This document shows, piece by piece, positions 10,273-20,358 of a stretch of DNA of 64,000 nt. The DNA is from Patescibacteria group bacterium (lineage in GTDB: Bacteria; Patescibacteriota; Microgenomatia; UBA8517). Made by a program: the position numbers and the translations under genes. The notes below the pieces were generated by a model. That model saw only the letters and a program-made list of their open reading frames with translations. It was not told the DNA's origin and did no database searches. Location: assembly GCA_036381415.1 (NCBI GenBank), contig DASVCV010000002.1, forward strand, positions 20,091 through 84,090. Reading direction: 5' to 3'. Every line of letters begins with the position of its first letter. Position 1 is the stretch's first letter.

Positions 10273-10626
10273 TTATTTGCCTACAAATTTCTTAATTTTG
10301 TCTGCCCATTGGTTTGCCCACTCTTCTGCTTCAAGTTTTTTAATGGCTAACTCAAATCCTTTTTTCTTCATCATATTTGCAACATCTGCAATTGTTGCAG
10401 AGGATACCTTAAGGTTATTTTTAATATTGGTGTAGCTTCTTCCTTTTTTTAACCAATAGGCGACAGCTAATCTTTTTGAGAAACTTTCAAATTCTGCTTG
10501 GGTAAAAAAGTCTTGGAGGAACTGGTGTGATTCTTGGGGGGTCTTAATATCTGCAACTACCTGGGCTAAGGTTTTGCTGATTTGGTTTTTTAGAATGTCG
10601 TTTACTTTACTACTTGATACTCTCAT
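10273..10626 (-). CDS. TrpR-like (YerC/YecD) DNA-binding protein
   Basis: FLQDFFTQAEFESFSKRLAVAYWLKKGRSYTNIKNNLKVSSATI matches the Trp-repressor family pattern. Confidence 0.8.
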   Translation of the reverse strand: MRVSSSKVNDILKNQISKTLAQVVADIKTPQESHQFLQDFFTQAEFESFSKRLAVAYWLKKGRSYTNIKNNLKVSSATIADVANMMKKKGFELAIKKLEAEEWANQWADKIKKFVGK

Positions 10627-10635
10627 GCCATTGGA

Positions 10636-10977
10636 TTAGTGGCTAGTATACCAAAAGTAAAGTTCAAAGGCGAGGGCAGTAGCGGTAATTAAAATTAGGT
10701 TTACGATGTTTCCTACTCCAAAGTATCTAAGAATTATAAATAAAGTAATGGCAGCTGCTGTGATTAATCCACGTCTGACATTTATGAAAATAGTTGTGAG
10801 TGAGAAAAAAAGAGTTGCAAAAACAATGGTAAAAAAGACAGGTACTGCCCCAAAGGTGTCTGGGTCTACAAAGACTATTATTAGAAGGAGTGAAATCCAG
10901 AGAAAAAGAGTGATTGCAAGAAGGGGAAAAAAGTTTTTTCTTTTCCTTATTTGGTTTTTGCGAATCTCACGTCTCAT
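10636..10977 (-). CDS. Small 4-TM membrane protein
   Basis: Basic N-terminus followed by four hydrophobic segments; ends 9 nt before the trpR-like gene. Confidence 0.65.
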   Translation of the reverse strand: MRREIRKNQIRKRKNFFPLLAITLFLWISLLLIIVFVDPDTFGAVPVFFTIVFATLFFSLTTIFINVRRGLITAAAITLFIILRYFGVGNIVNLILITATALAFELYFWYTSH

Positions 10978-10994
10978 TGTATACTCATTATACG

Positions 10995-11990
10995 ATGGAT
11001 CCCGTTATAGTTCTGGTATTAGTTGTTGGTGGAATACTGCTTTTAGGTCTTTGGATCAACAAAAGATTTATGGAGTTAAAAGAGAGCCAGAAGACTTCTC
11101 CAGAATTACTTCAGGTTATACAAATGCTACAGAACTCATCGACTGAGGACAGAAAAGTTTTGCTTGAGAACTTGCAGTCTAATACAAGAACTTTAAATGA
11201 CAGACTTGATAATGCTGCAAAAATTATTTCTTCAGTGCAGAGAAATATTGGAGAAATGAGTGAGATAGGAAGAAGTATGAAAGATTTGCAGCAATTTTTA
11301 CAGAGTCCAAAGTTAAGAGGAAATGTGGGAGAACAAGTTTTAAAAGAATTATTGGGACAAATGCTTCCTAAAGGATCATTTCACCTTCAGTATGCATTTA
11401 AGTCTGGTAATAAAGTGGATGCAGCAATCACAACAACAGCTGGTATTGTTCCAATTGATTCAAAGTTTCCAATGGAGAATTTTAGAAGAATGATGGGAGA
11501 TGGAAGTGAAGCAGAGAAAAAAGTATTTGCCAAACAGTTTGAAAAGGATGTGAGAATGCATATTGATGCCATATCTAAAAAATATATTTTGACTGATGAG
11601 GGGACTATTGATTATGCATTAATGTATATTCCTAGTGAAGCTGTTTATTATGAAATAGTCAATAACCCTGATCTTTTTGAGTATTCAAATAAAATGAGAA
11701 TACTTCCAGTTTCCCCTACTACTTTCTATGCATATATGAGAGCCATACTTATGAGTTTTGAGGGACAAAAAATAGAACAAAAGGCAAAAGAAATTCTTTC
11801 TTCAATTAGAGCGGTTCAAAAAGACTACACTAAAGTGGAAGATAATTTAGGAGTATTACAGAAACATTTAAATAGTGCATACAACAAAATGTCTGAAGTT
11901 TTTGTTTCATTTACACAACTGGGGCAAAAGATTTCAACAACTTCAAGTTTGGGTCAGGAAGTAAAAGAAAAAGATACCTTACTTCCCTAA
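10995..11990 (+). CDS. rmuC: DNA recombination protein RmuC
   Basis: N-terminal TM, coiled coil, RGNVGEQVL, PIDSKFP, ALMYIPSEAVY, VSPTT. Start at ATG 10995 after TATACT. Confidence 0.9.
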   Translation: MDPVIVLVLVVGGILLLGLWINKRFMELKESQKTSPELLQVIQMLQNSSTEDRKVLLENLQSNTRTLNDRLDNAAKIISSVQRNIGEMSEIGRSMKDLQQFLQSPKLRGNVGEQVLKELLGQMLPKGSFHLQYAFKSGNKVDAAITTTAGIVPIDSKFPMENFRRMMGDGSEAEKKVFAKQFEKDVRMHIDAISKKYILTDEGTIDYALMYIPSEAVYYEIVNNPDLFEYSNKMRILPVSPTTFYAYMRAILMSFEGQKIEQKAKEILSSIRAVQKDYTKVEDNLGVLQKHLNSAYNKMSEVFVSFTQLGQKISTTSSLGQEVKEKDTLLP

Positions 11991-12890
11991 TTCTTTTTCT
12001 ATAACTTCTGAACTTTTTTCTGGTTGGTAAGCAAATATATTGTGCCCTGAGTTTGGTATTTCTATAAAATCTGAAATTAAATTTTTTGTTGTAGTTTTTA
12101 GAAGATCGTTTCCACCGTAAATGAAAACTGTTTCATTTTTAACTTTAGGGAGTAATTTTGGAAGATCTTCTTCAATCTCTTTTTTGACATCAATGTCAGC
12201 TGATGTTTTTGGATCATTTTGGGACAGTAACTCTAGGGTTTTTTGTTTGGCTCTAGTACTTTCTTCACCTACATTTCCGTATACAATTGGAATTAAAAAT
12301 GTTTCTTTTCCAAAGCGAGTTGAGGCTAAATATCTTCGTATGCTAAGGGGTACTTTTTCAGCAATTTCTACCTGTGTACCTGTTACTTTGCCTGGGACTC
12401 CAACCAGAATTTGTTTTCCCTGAGTACAGTTCTTTGCTGATGCTCTGATTGCAACAATTGTCCCTAATGAAAAACTAATAATTGGTGATTTTTGCAAGTT
12501 ATTTTGTTGGATAAATTCACAAAGACTTTGGGCGAATAAATCAGTATTATGGATTTCTCCTTCAATTGCATCTGAGGCCCCATAACCGGGTAGGTCTATT
12601 AAATAAACTTTATAGTTCTTAGCAAGTTTTTCTTCCCAATGAGACCAAGGATTACTTAGAAGAGAGCCGTGTACCATAATTACTTCTGGGCCATTTCCAA
12701 TTACACGATAGCTTTGTTTTGTGCTTTTAAACTCAAAAGTTTGGTTATACGGTAGTTGTTGTCGTTTTTCGGGTAGAAAAGTGGACACAGATAAAACTAT
12801 CACTATAAAGATTATACAAGCAATAAAAAGGAGCCATTTTTTCCATCCTTTTTGGTGTGCTTCATAGTATAAATTAGATTGATTCTCCAC
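11979..12890 (-). CDS. Membrane-anchored alpha/beta hydrolase
   Basis: MVHG, IDLPGYGAS, SFSLG nucleophile elbow, GGND and SGH; N-terminal TM. Confidence 0.8.
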   Translation of the reverse strand: MENQSNLYYEAHQKGWKKWLLFIACIIFIVIVLSVSTFLPEKRQQLPYNQTFEFKSTKQSYRVIGNGPEVIMVHGSLLSNPWSHWEEKLAKNYKVYLIDLPGYGASDAIEGEIHNTDLFAQSLCEFIQQNNLQKSPIISFSLGTIVAIRASAKNCTQGKQILVGVPGKVTGTQVEIAEKVPLSIRRYLASTRFGKETFLIPIVYGNVGEESTRAKQKTLELLSQNDPKTSADIDVKKEIEEDLPKLLPKVKNETVFIYGGNDLLKTTTKNLISDFIEIPNSGHNIFAYQPEKSSEVIEKELGK

Positions 12891-12907
12891 TGTTATAATG
12901 TTAAAAC

Positions 12908-15814
12908 ATGATAGCTAATATGAACCAAAAACTCAACGAAGAACAACTTGAAGCAATTAAACATGGAGAAGGACCACTTCTTATTATTGCTGGAGCTGGA
13001 ACTGGAAAAACTACAGTAATTACTGAAAGGATTAAGCATTTAATTGAAAAGAAAGTTGCAGAGCCAAGTGAAATTTTAGGACTTACTTTTACAGAGAAAG
13101 CTGCACGTGAGATGGAAGAAAGAGTGGATGTAGCACTCCCCTATGGATATACCCAGATGTGGATTATGACATTTCATTCTTTTTGTGACAGGATTTTGCG
13201 GCGTGATGCACTTCATATTGGGTATGATCCAAAGTACAAACTAATGACTGAAGCTGAGACAGTGCAATTAGTGAGACGTAATCTTTTTAAATTTGATTTA
13301 AAGTATTTTAGACCTTTGGGAAATCCAACAAAATTTATAGGTGGAATGACACAGCATTTTTCCAGACTTCAGGATGAAAATATTTTGCCAAATGACTATA
13401 TAAAATGGGCAAAAGGAAAGATGCAAAAGAGTGAAAGTGAAGAAGAAAAGAAGGATGGAGAAAAGTGGCTGGAGCTAGCCAATGCTTATAAAGCATATGA
13501 GGAGTTAAAAGTTAAAGAAGGTGTAATGGATTTTGGGGATTTAATTGTTAAGACTATAAAACTTTTTAGAGAGAGACCTAATATCTTAAAAGAATATCAA
13601 AAACAATTTAAACATATTTTGATTGATGAATTTCAAGATACAAACTATGCACAAAACGAACTGGCACTTCTTTTATCTAAAACTTCCAAAAATATAACAG
13701 TGGTTGGGGATGATGATCAGTCAATTTATAGATTTAGAGGAGCAGCAGTATCTAATATTATTCAGTTTAGAAAGAATTTTCCTAAAGTAAAAATTGTAGT
13801 TTTAACTAAGAACTACCGTTCTACTCAAGAAATTCTTGATAAGTCATATGAGCTAATACAACACAATAATCCAGATAGGCTGGAAGCAATTGAGAATATA
13901 GATAAAAAACTTGGGTCTCAGAGAAAAACAAAAGGAGAAGATGTTGGTTTTATTCATGTAGATAGGGTGGAAAATGAAGCGGATGCTGTTGCTAAAAAAA
14001 TAAAAGAGTTAGCAAGGCAAGAAAAAAGAAAATATAGCGATTTTGCAATTTTAGTTAGGGCAAATAATCATGCAGAACCTTTTACAAGAGCATTGTCTAG
14101 AAATGGAGTGCCTTATCAGTTTTTAGGTCCTGGAAGACTTTTTAGACAATCTGAAATTGTAGATTTAATTGCTTATTTGAAAGTTTTATACAACTTTGAA
14201 GATTCTGTTTCAATGTATAGATTACTTTCTATTGAACACATTGATATAGAAGGAAGAGATTTGGCTGCAATTGGAAATTATGCGAGAAAATACAATTTAT
14301 CTTTGTTTGAAAGTGCTGAAAAGATAGATGATATTAAAGTAAGTGAGAAAACTAAAGAAAAGGTTAAAAAAATTGTTGATGTAATTAAGAAACACTTAAG
14401 ACTTGCAAGAAAGGAAAGTGCTGGACAGCTTCTTTATTATTTTTTGGAAGATACTGGCCTTCTTACTAAACTTTTGACTCCTAAAACAGTGGATGCTGAA
14501 AAGAAGGCTGCAAATATTTCTAAATTTTTTGATAAGTTAAAAACATATGAGGTAGACCATGAGGATGCAAGTGTAGCAAGTGTTGTTGATTGGATAGATT
14601 TGTCAATGGAGTTAGGAGAGTCACCTGTAGCTAATGATATGGATTGGACAGATGTGAATGCGGTCAACATTTTGACAGCTCATTCTTCTAAAGGACTGGA
14701 GTTTCCTGTTGTATTTTTAGTTAATCTTACCAGTGGACGCTTTCCTACAGTTGAGAGACGGGAACAGATTCCAATTCCGGAAGAGATTATAAAAGAGATA
14801 CTGCCAAAGGGTGATTATCATATGCAGGAGGAAAGAAGGCTTTTCTATGTGGGAATGACTAGGGCAAAAGACAGGCTGTTTTTTGCTGCGGCTAATTATT
14901 ATGGGGAAGGGAAAAGGGAGAAAAAGGTTTCACCTTTTATTTTTGAGGCATTAGGAGATGAGACAGTGGGAAGTGAAGAAGGACAACAGGGAGAACAATT
15001 ATCCTTTTTAGACTATGCAAACAAGGAAGAAAAAATTAAGAGCAAGGCAAATAAGTTTCATATTGATTACTTGTCCTACTCTCAGATTGAGACATTTAAA
15101 GTTTGTCCCCTTCACTACAAGTTAAGATATATTTATAAAGTTCCTACACCTACTTCTGCCAGTCAGAGTTTTGGAATATCTGTTCATGATGCTTTGAAAG
15201 ATTTTTATGCATCTATTAATGAGGGCCAAAAAGCAAGTAAAGATTTGCTTATTAACTTACTTGGCAAGAATTGGATAAGGGAAGGATTTAGTTCTAAAAA
15301 CCATGAAAGTAAGTTTTTAGAGAAAGCAAAAGAGTTTTTGAGCGAGTATTTTGAAAAAGAGTATAACAAGGAAAGAAAAACAGTGCTATTGGAGCAGCCA
15401 TTTACTGTTCCTTTAGAGAATGGGAATCCTAGTAGGCCACTTAAAATTGGAGGAAAGATAGATAGAGTGGATGAACTTGCTAATGGGAAAATAGAGATTA
15501 TTGATTACAAAACTGGAGCAAATGTGCCAACTCAAAAACAGGTGGACCATGATATGCAGCTAACTTTCTATGCTTTGGCTGCAACAATAATGAAGCAACC
15601 TCCTTTTGGGAAAAAGCCTGAGGATGTAAAACTTACTCTATATTATTTTGATAGCCATAAAAAGATTTCTACAGTTAGAACTGGAAGTGATTTAGAAAAG
15701 GCAAAGAAAGAAATATTTAAAATTAGAGAACAAATAGAGAAGTCTGATTTTACCTGTACTAATGGAATACTTTGCAGAAATTGTGAATATAAACTACTTT
15801 GTGCAGGAGAATAA
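12908..15814 (+). CDS. UvrD/PcrA-family helicase fused to C-terminal PD-(D/E)XK nuclease (AdnAB/AddAB-like)
   Basis: AGAGTGKT, DEFQD, GDDDQSIYRFRGA, HSSKGLEF, EERRLFYVGMTRA; then GKIDRVD, IIDYKTG, QLTFY and Cys pattern C...CxxCx5C. Confidence 0.9.
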   Translation: MIANMNQKLNEEQLEAIKHGEGPLLIIAGAGTGKTTVITERIKHLIEKKVAEPSEILGLTFTEKAAREMEERVDVALPYGYTQMWIMTFHSFCDRILRRDALHIGYDPKYKLMTEAETVQLVRRNLFKFDLKYFRPLGNPTKFIGGMTQHFSRLQDENILPNDYIKWAKGKMQKSESEEEKKDGEKWLELANAYKAYEELKVKEGVMDFGDLIVKTIKLFRERPNILKEYQKQFKHILIDEFQDTNYAQNELALLLSKTSKNITVVGDDDQSIYRFRGAAVSNIIQFRKNFPKVKIVVLTKNYRSTQEILDKSYELIQHNNPDRLEAIENIDKKLGSQRKTKGEDVGFIHVDRVENEADAVAKKIKELARQEKRKYSDFAILVRANNHAEPFTRALSRNGVPYQFLGPGRLFRQSEIVDLIAYLKVLYNFEDSVSMYRLLSIEHIDIEGRDLAAIGNYARKYNLSLFESAEKIDDIKVSEKTKEKVKKIVDVIKKHLRLARKESAGQLLYYFLEDTGLLTKLLTPKTVDAEKKAANISKFFDKLKTYEVDHEDASVASVVDWIDLSMELGESPVANDMDWTDVNAVNILTAHSSKGLEFPVVFLVNLTSGRFPTVERREQIPIPEEIIKEILPKGDYHMQEERRLFYVGMTRAKDRLFFAAANYYGEGKREKKVSPFIFEALGDETVGSEEGQQGEQLSFLDYANKEEKIKSKANKFHIDYLSYSQIETFKVCPLHYKLRYIYKVPTPTSASQSFGISVHDALKDFYASINEGQKASKDLLINLLGKNWIREGFSSKNHESKFLEKAKEFLSEYFEKEYNKERKTVLLEQPFTVPLENGNPSRPLKIGGKIDRVDELANGKIEIIDYKTGANVPTQKQVDHDMQLTFYALAATIMKQPPFGKKPEDVKLTLYYFDSHKKISTVRTGSDLEKAKKEIFKIREQIEKSDFTCTNGILCRNCEYKLLCAGE

Positions 15815-16075
15815 TTACTTAAAAGACATTATTAGAAGGCCAGATTTTTGAATATCAGATTGAGTCCAGAACTTTTGTTTTTTAGTATTTAAGACGAAAG
15901 TTATCTCTTTTTCTAATTTTCTACCAGTGTATTTTTTAGTTACCGGGTCATATTCTTCAAGAACTAAGATATCTCCTTTTTTACAACTAAAATTAGCAAG
16001 TCTGGCATCAAAGGTTTTTTTACCATCCAAAATTTCTTGAAAGAATGGCATCCAAGTTTTCTTCCTAATTTTCAT
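15815..16075 (-). CDS. ASCH/PUA-like domain protein (DUF3850-like)
   Basis: KKTWMPFFQEILDGKKTFDARLANF..GDILVLEEYD..YTGR pattern. Confidence 0.75.
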   Translation of the reverse strand: MKIRKKTWMPFFQEILDGKKTFDARLANFSCKKGDILVLEEYDPVTKKYTGRKLEKEITFVLNTKKQKFWTQSDIQKSGLLIMSFK

Positions 16076-16914
16076 AATTTGATTATACTATTTGTTTTTT
16101 TGAAACTTCCAGGATATTCAACTTCGTTTCCTCCAAACCCTTTTTTAAATTTAGTAAAACCTTTCCATGAGTTAAGAGGAAATCTTTCATCATAAATTCC
16201 ATCAAAATCAAATACTTTATGTTTACACTTCTTTCCTAAAAGTATCGCTTGCCAAGTTAGAAGAGTTGGTGCAAACAGTTTTCTTCCTAAACTATTGCTT
16301 GCAGCATACATATAATAAATAGTGTTATTGGTACTTAGAAGCAAAAGACCAGCAATTATTTTTTTGTTCTTTTTTGCAATTAGCGAGTCTGATTTATTTC
16401 CAAAAGCATCATAAATGGCAATTATGCTTTTCTTTTGAGAAAGAAATGGGAATCTTTTCCTTTCAAAATTTTCTCTCCAGAACTTTGCAAATTCATTTAT
16501 ATTTTTGGAGTGGGTAATTTCTACCCCTTTTTTCTTAGAGAGATTAATGTTGTATCTAGTTTTGGAAGACATATCTAAGAGTAGATTCTTTTCAGATTTT
16601 GTAAGATCAATTTGTATAGTTTTAGTTGGAAGAGAAAAAGATTTACCTTTTTTGAAGTTGTTTTTTAATAATAAATTATGAGAAGAGGAGAAGAACGGTA
16701 AATCTGGTTCAATAGTTGTTTGATATATTTTATATTTATTCTGTAAATATTTTATATCTTTAAGAATTAGTTTTTTAGGTCTTTGAACTTTTAATAAATA
16801 TCCAAGTAATGGAATTCTTTTTAAAAAATAATAATTACCATTAATTTTTTCTACTTTCCATCCAATAGATTTTAGATAGCTTGCCCATTCACTGGTTTGT
16901 CTTAAATCTTTCAT
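16072..16914 (-). CDS. FemABX-family peptidoglycan interpeptide-bridge aminoacyltransferase
   Basis: LRQTSEWA, IDLTKSEKNLL, KTRYNIN, YYMYAAS and FKKGFGG motifs. Confidence 0.85.
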   Translation of the reverse strand: MKDLRQTSEWASYLKSIGWKVEKINGNYYFLKRIPLLGYLLKVQRPKKLILKDIKYLQNKYKIYQTTIEPDLPFFSSSHNLLLKNNFKKGKSFSLPTKTIQIDLTKSEKNLLLDMSSKTRYNINLSKKKGVEITHSKNINEFAKFWRENFERKRFPFLSQKKSIIAIYDAFGNKSDSLIAKKNKKIIAGLLLLSTNNTIYYMYAASNSLGRKLFAPTLLTWQAILLGKKCKHKVFDFDGIYDERFPLNSWKGFTKFKKGFGGNEVEYPGSFKKTNSIIKL

Positions 16915-16946
16915 AATATGGTTAGCTATTATATTATATTAATAAG

Positions 16947-17474
16947 ATGAATAAGTTTTTGAAGTTTGTGCTTGGACTTTCAATTGTAGGAGTGGCTGCA
17001 GTTGTTTTAGTTCCTGTAATTTTTCTTTTGTTATATTTGTTTGTTTTTAAACCTGTAAAAATAGTTGGCTTGTCTATGGCTCCAAGCTATAAGAATGGAC
17101 AATACTATATGGTAAATAAGCTAGGTAGGAATAATATTTCAAGAGGAGATGTAATTATTTTTCGCGTACCACCAGAAGGTAAAAGTGATTACATACAGAG
17201 AGTTGTAGGTTTGCCTGGGGAAAAAGTAAAAATAGAGAAAGGGAAGGTTTATATAAATGGACAAGTGCTAAATGAGAGTTATCTTGATTCTGGTATTACT
17301 ACGAATTCAGGTACTTACTTAGAAGAAGGGAAGGAAGTTACAATTCCAGAAAATAAATATGTGACATTTGGAGACAACCGAGATCATAGTCTTGATTCAA
17401 GAATTTTTGGATTTCTTCCAAGGGAAAATGTTGTTGGTAAAGTGTGGTTTTGCTATTTTGCTTGCAGTCTTTAG
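16947..17474 (+). CDS. lepB: Signal peptidase I
   Basis: GLSMAPS, RGDVIIF, YIQRVVGLPG (Q where the catalytic Lys of IKR is expected), GDNRDHSLDSR. Confidence 0.8.
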   Translation: MNKFLKFVLGLSIVGVAAVVLVPVIFLLLYLFVFKPVKIVGLSMAPSYKNGQYYMVNKLGRNNISRGDVIIFRVPPEGKSDYIQRVVGLPGEKVKIEKGKVYINGQVLNESYLDSGITTNSGTYLEEGKEVTIPENKYVTFGDNRDHSLDSRIFGFLPRENVVGKVWFCYFACSL

Positions 17475-18406
17475 AACTTCGGTTTAGATAAACCTGTTGA
17501 TGATTTTCCTTTTAAGTAAAACCATCTTGCTGTGTCAAATCCTTTATATAGATAGTAGAGAGGTTTGTTTATAATCAAATCCCAAGTTCCTACAAATTCA
17601 ACAACTTCTGGATTAAATCCTTCTTTAAACGGAGTAAAGCCTTTACCTGGTTCTCTTCCCCACATATCAAAAGTTTTTAATCCATTCTTTTTTCCAAATT
17701 TGATGGCCTCCCACATCATTAAATTGTTTGGCATTACATTTTTATATTTGTCTGAGCTTGCTCCATATGGATAATAAAGAAATTCTTTGTATGTAAATAG
17801 AACCCAGGTTGTAACTATTTCATTATTAAAAGATGCAGTTAATAGATGGGCAATGCCTGCAGGATGTAGTGTTTCCCACATTAGTCTGTGGTATTTTTCA
17901 TTATGAGCATAGAAGTTTTGTCGTTGAGTGGTTTGCCTTGTTAATTTGATATATTCATTAAAGGCTTTATCTGAGTTGTCTTCTTTGACTTCTACACCTT
18001 TTCTTTGAGCAAGGCGGATGTTGTACCTGGTTTTTGGCTTAAACGAGGAAAGAAGTTCATCTTCTTTTTTTGTTAGGTCTAGCCAAAATGTAGTTGGAGT
18101 AAAGAAGGTCTTTCCTTTAACACAATGATTTTGTTTTAGGAGATTAATTACGCTTTCATCTTTAAGGGTATTTGGTTCAAGTTTTATAAAAATTAGATTG
18201 CTCTTTTTTGCAAAATCTTTTAAGTACTCTAGCATCTCCTTGGTTGGAGTTGGGCCTTTTATAAACATCCCAAGCTTATATTTAGTAAGAGGAATTTTGT
18301 GAAGAGTAAGGGTGCCGTATTTGGTCTCTACTACTTCATTCCCCCATTTTTTTCTAAATAAGCTCCATGCAGGAGATTGGAGAGGATGTTGAGATGGAAC
18401 TTTCAT
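17471..18406 (-). CDS. FemABX-family peptidoglycan interpeptide-bridge aminoacyltransferase
   Basis: HPLQSPAW, KTRYNIRLAQRKGV, YYPYGAS, NNLMMWEAI and FKEGF motifs. Confidence 0.88.
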   Translation of the reverse strand: MKVPSQHPLQSPAWSLFRKKWGNEVVETKYGTLTLHKIPLTKYKLGMFIKGPTPTKEMLEYLKDFAKKSNLIFIKLEPNTLKDESVINLLKQNHCVKGKTFFTPTTFWLDLTKKEDELLSSFKPKTRYNIRLAQRKGVEVKEDNSDKAFNEYIKLTRQTTQRQNFYAHNEKYHRLMWETLHPAGIAHLLTASFNNEIVTTWVLFTYKEFLYYPYGASSDKYKNVMPNNLMMWEAIKFGKKNGLKTFDMWGREPGKGFTPFKEGFNPEVVEFVGTWDLIINKPLYYLYKGFDTARWFYLKGKSSTGLSKPKF

Positions 18407-18407
18407 T

Positions 18408-20255
18408 TTAATAAAGATTGTCTGTATCTATATCTATATTATACTCATCTAGGATATATTCATTGTCTGAAGATTCCAAAAGGCTTTCTGGAATATCAAT
18501 TATGAATCTTGAGATTGGGTTTGAAACTCTTTGTCCAAAGAAAAGTCTGTGAGAAGCGTAGGTGAGGAAAAGTACTTCTTTTGCACGGGTAACTCCAACA
18601 TATGCAAGACGCCTTTCCTCTTCAATTTGATTTGAGTCAAAAAGAGACCTTGAGTGAGGAAAGATTCCATCTTCCATTCCTACTAAAAAGACGACAGGGA
18701 ATTCGAGACCTTTGGCGGCATGAAGAGTCATTAGGGTTACTTTATTTGAATTTGATCCATTGGAAGTGTGGAGTGTCCCATCTGAATTTTGTTCTGCTTG
18801 AACAAGAGCTACATTTTCAAGAAACTCTTGAATATTTGGAAATTGGGTGGCAACAGATCTTAATTCTTTAATGTTTTCTAGCCTTTGAATATTTTCTTCA
18901 GTTTCTTTTTTGTAAGAGGAAAGATAGTCAATTGCAGATACAAGAGAGTCCATTATATCTAGGGTTGTGTAGTTTTCTAAGCTTTCCAGTTTAGATTTAA
19001 ATTCCTCAAACTTTGCTTTTCTTCTGACACCAAGTTTGTCTACCCTTTTTTGAGAAACTTTATCTCTTGGATTAACTAGTAGCCTTAAGAAGGAAAGAAC
19101 GTCTTTAATTTCTTTTCTGTCATAGAATTTGACGCCACCAACAAGGACGTAGGGAATTCCTGCATGAAGAAGGGATTCTTCTAAGACACGAGATTGGGCA
19201 TTTGTTCTATACAAGATTGAAAAATCTCGGAGGGAGTAGCCTTGAGTTTTAAGACTTGCAATTTTGTTTACAATGAAAGCTGCTTCGTCAAAACCGCTTT
19301 TGGCTTGGTAGAGTTTTATTTTTTTGCCAGTATCATTTAAGGTCCAGAGCTTAAGGATTGGGTGAGAGGTGTTTTTGGAAATGATTGCATTTGCTGCATC
19401 AAGAATTGTTTGGGTGGAGCGGTAGTTTTGTTCAAGATTTATTACTTTCAAGTTTGGATAGTCTCTTGAAAGATAATTAATGTTTCTATAGTCTGCACCA
19501 CGCCAAGAATAGATTGATTGGGATGCATCTCCTACACAAGTCAGGTTTCCTGTAGAGCCAACTAAAAGTTTGGTCAGATGATACTGGATTTTGTTTGTGT
19601 CTTGCCACTCATCAACTAGTATGTGAGTTAGTTTTTGCTGCCACTTAGTGCGAACTTGGGGTTTTTCTTCTAGAAGTTTGACAGTTTTATTTAGAAGATC
19701 ATCAAAATCAAGGGCATTGATTTCAGTGAGAAGTTTTTCATAGCTTGCAAAAATTTTAAAAACTTTTTCATCAAAATCTGTTTGTGCATTTTCTCCAAAG
19801 GCAAGTGCATTAATCATTTTGTTTTTTGCACTGGAAATTATATTTGCTACAGCAGCTGGGTTGTATGAATCTTCAGAAAGATTAAAATCAGAAAGCACTT
19901 CTTTGATTGCATCTTTTTGGTCTGCATCATCATATATGACAAAGTCGGGTGAAATTCCAATTTCACGTCCATCGATTCTAAGAAGCTTTACACAGAAAGC
20001 ATGGAAGGTGCCTGCAAAACCAGGCATATCACTTGAAAGCTTTGCAATTCTTTCCTTCATCTCGGTGCTTGCTTTGTTTGTAAAAGTCATGAGAAGGATT
20101 TGAGTTGCGGGTACTCCTTGGGAGATAAACCAGGCAGCACGGTGGGTTAAGACTTTTGTTTTACCTGAACCTGCTCCTGCAAGAACCAGAAGCGGACTTT
20201 TAGGGTATGTGACTGCGTCTATCTGAGCTTTATTTAAATCTGCTAAAATATCCAT
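18408..20255 (-). CDS. pcrA: ATP-dependent DNA helicase PcrA/UvrD
   Basis: AGAGSGKT, DEWQD, QSIYSWRGA, LYRTNAQSR, HAAKGLEF, EERRLAYVGVTRA. Start placed at MDIL (20255). Confidence 0.9.
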   Translation of the reverse strand: MDILADLNKAQIDAVTYPKSPLLVLAGAGSGKTKVLTHRAAWFISQGVPATQILLMTFTNKASTEMKERIAKLSSDMPGFAGTFHAFCVKLLRIDGREIGISPDFVIYDDADQKDAIKEVLSDFNLSEDSYNPAAVANIISSAKNKMINALAFGENAQTDFDEKVFKIFASYEKLLTEINALDFDDLLNKTVKLLEEKPQVRTKWQQKLTHILVDEWQDTNKIQYHLTKLLVGSTGNLTCVGDASQSIYSWRGADYRNINYLSRDYPNLKVINLEQNYRSTQTILDAANAIISKNTSHPILKLWTLNDTGKKIKLYQAKSGFDEAAFIVNKIASLKTQGYSLRDFSILYRTNAQSRVLEESLLHAGIPYVLVGGVKFYDRKEIKDVLSFLRLLVNPRDKVSQKRVDKLGVRRKAKFEEFKSKLESLENYTTLDIMDSLVSAIDYLSSYKKETEENIQRLENIKELRSVATQFPNIQEFLENVALVQAEQNSDGTLHTSNGSNSNKVTLMTLHAAKGLEFPVVFLVGMEDGIFPHSRSLFDSNQIEEERRLAYVGVTRAKEVLFLTYASHRLFFGQRVSNPISRFIIDIPESLLESSDNEYILDEYNIDIDTDNLY

Positions 20256-20261
20256 GATGGT

Positions 20262-20293
20262 AAAGAAAAGAAACAAGGCTAACTATGAGCCCT
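20262..20293 (-). terminator. Terminator-like hairpin in the pcrA 5' leader
   Basis: Minus strand AGGGCT-CATAGTT-AGCCTT followed by GTTTCTTTTCTTT, between a TAAAAT -10 box (20300-20305) and the pcrA ATG. Confidence 0.4.
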
Positions 20294-20358
20294 CCAACGA
20301 TTTTAGCATGAATGAGGAAGGGAATTCAGATGAAAAGTTGGAATATTCTTCAAATAAG

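Noticed and set aside
20275-20293. tRNA-like 5' fragment GGGCTCATAGTTAG on the minus strand
   Set aside because: No anticodon arm, T-arm or acceptor complement follows.
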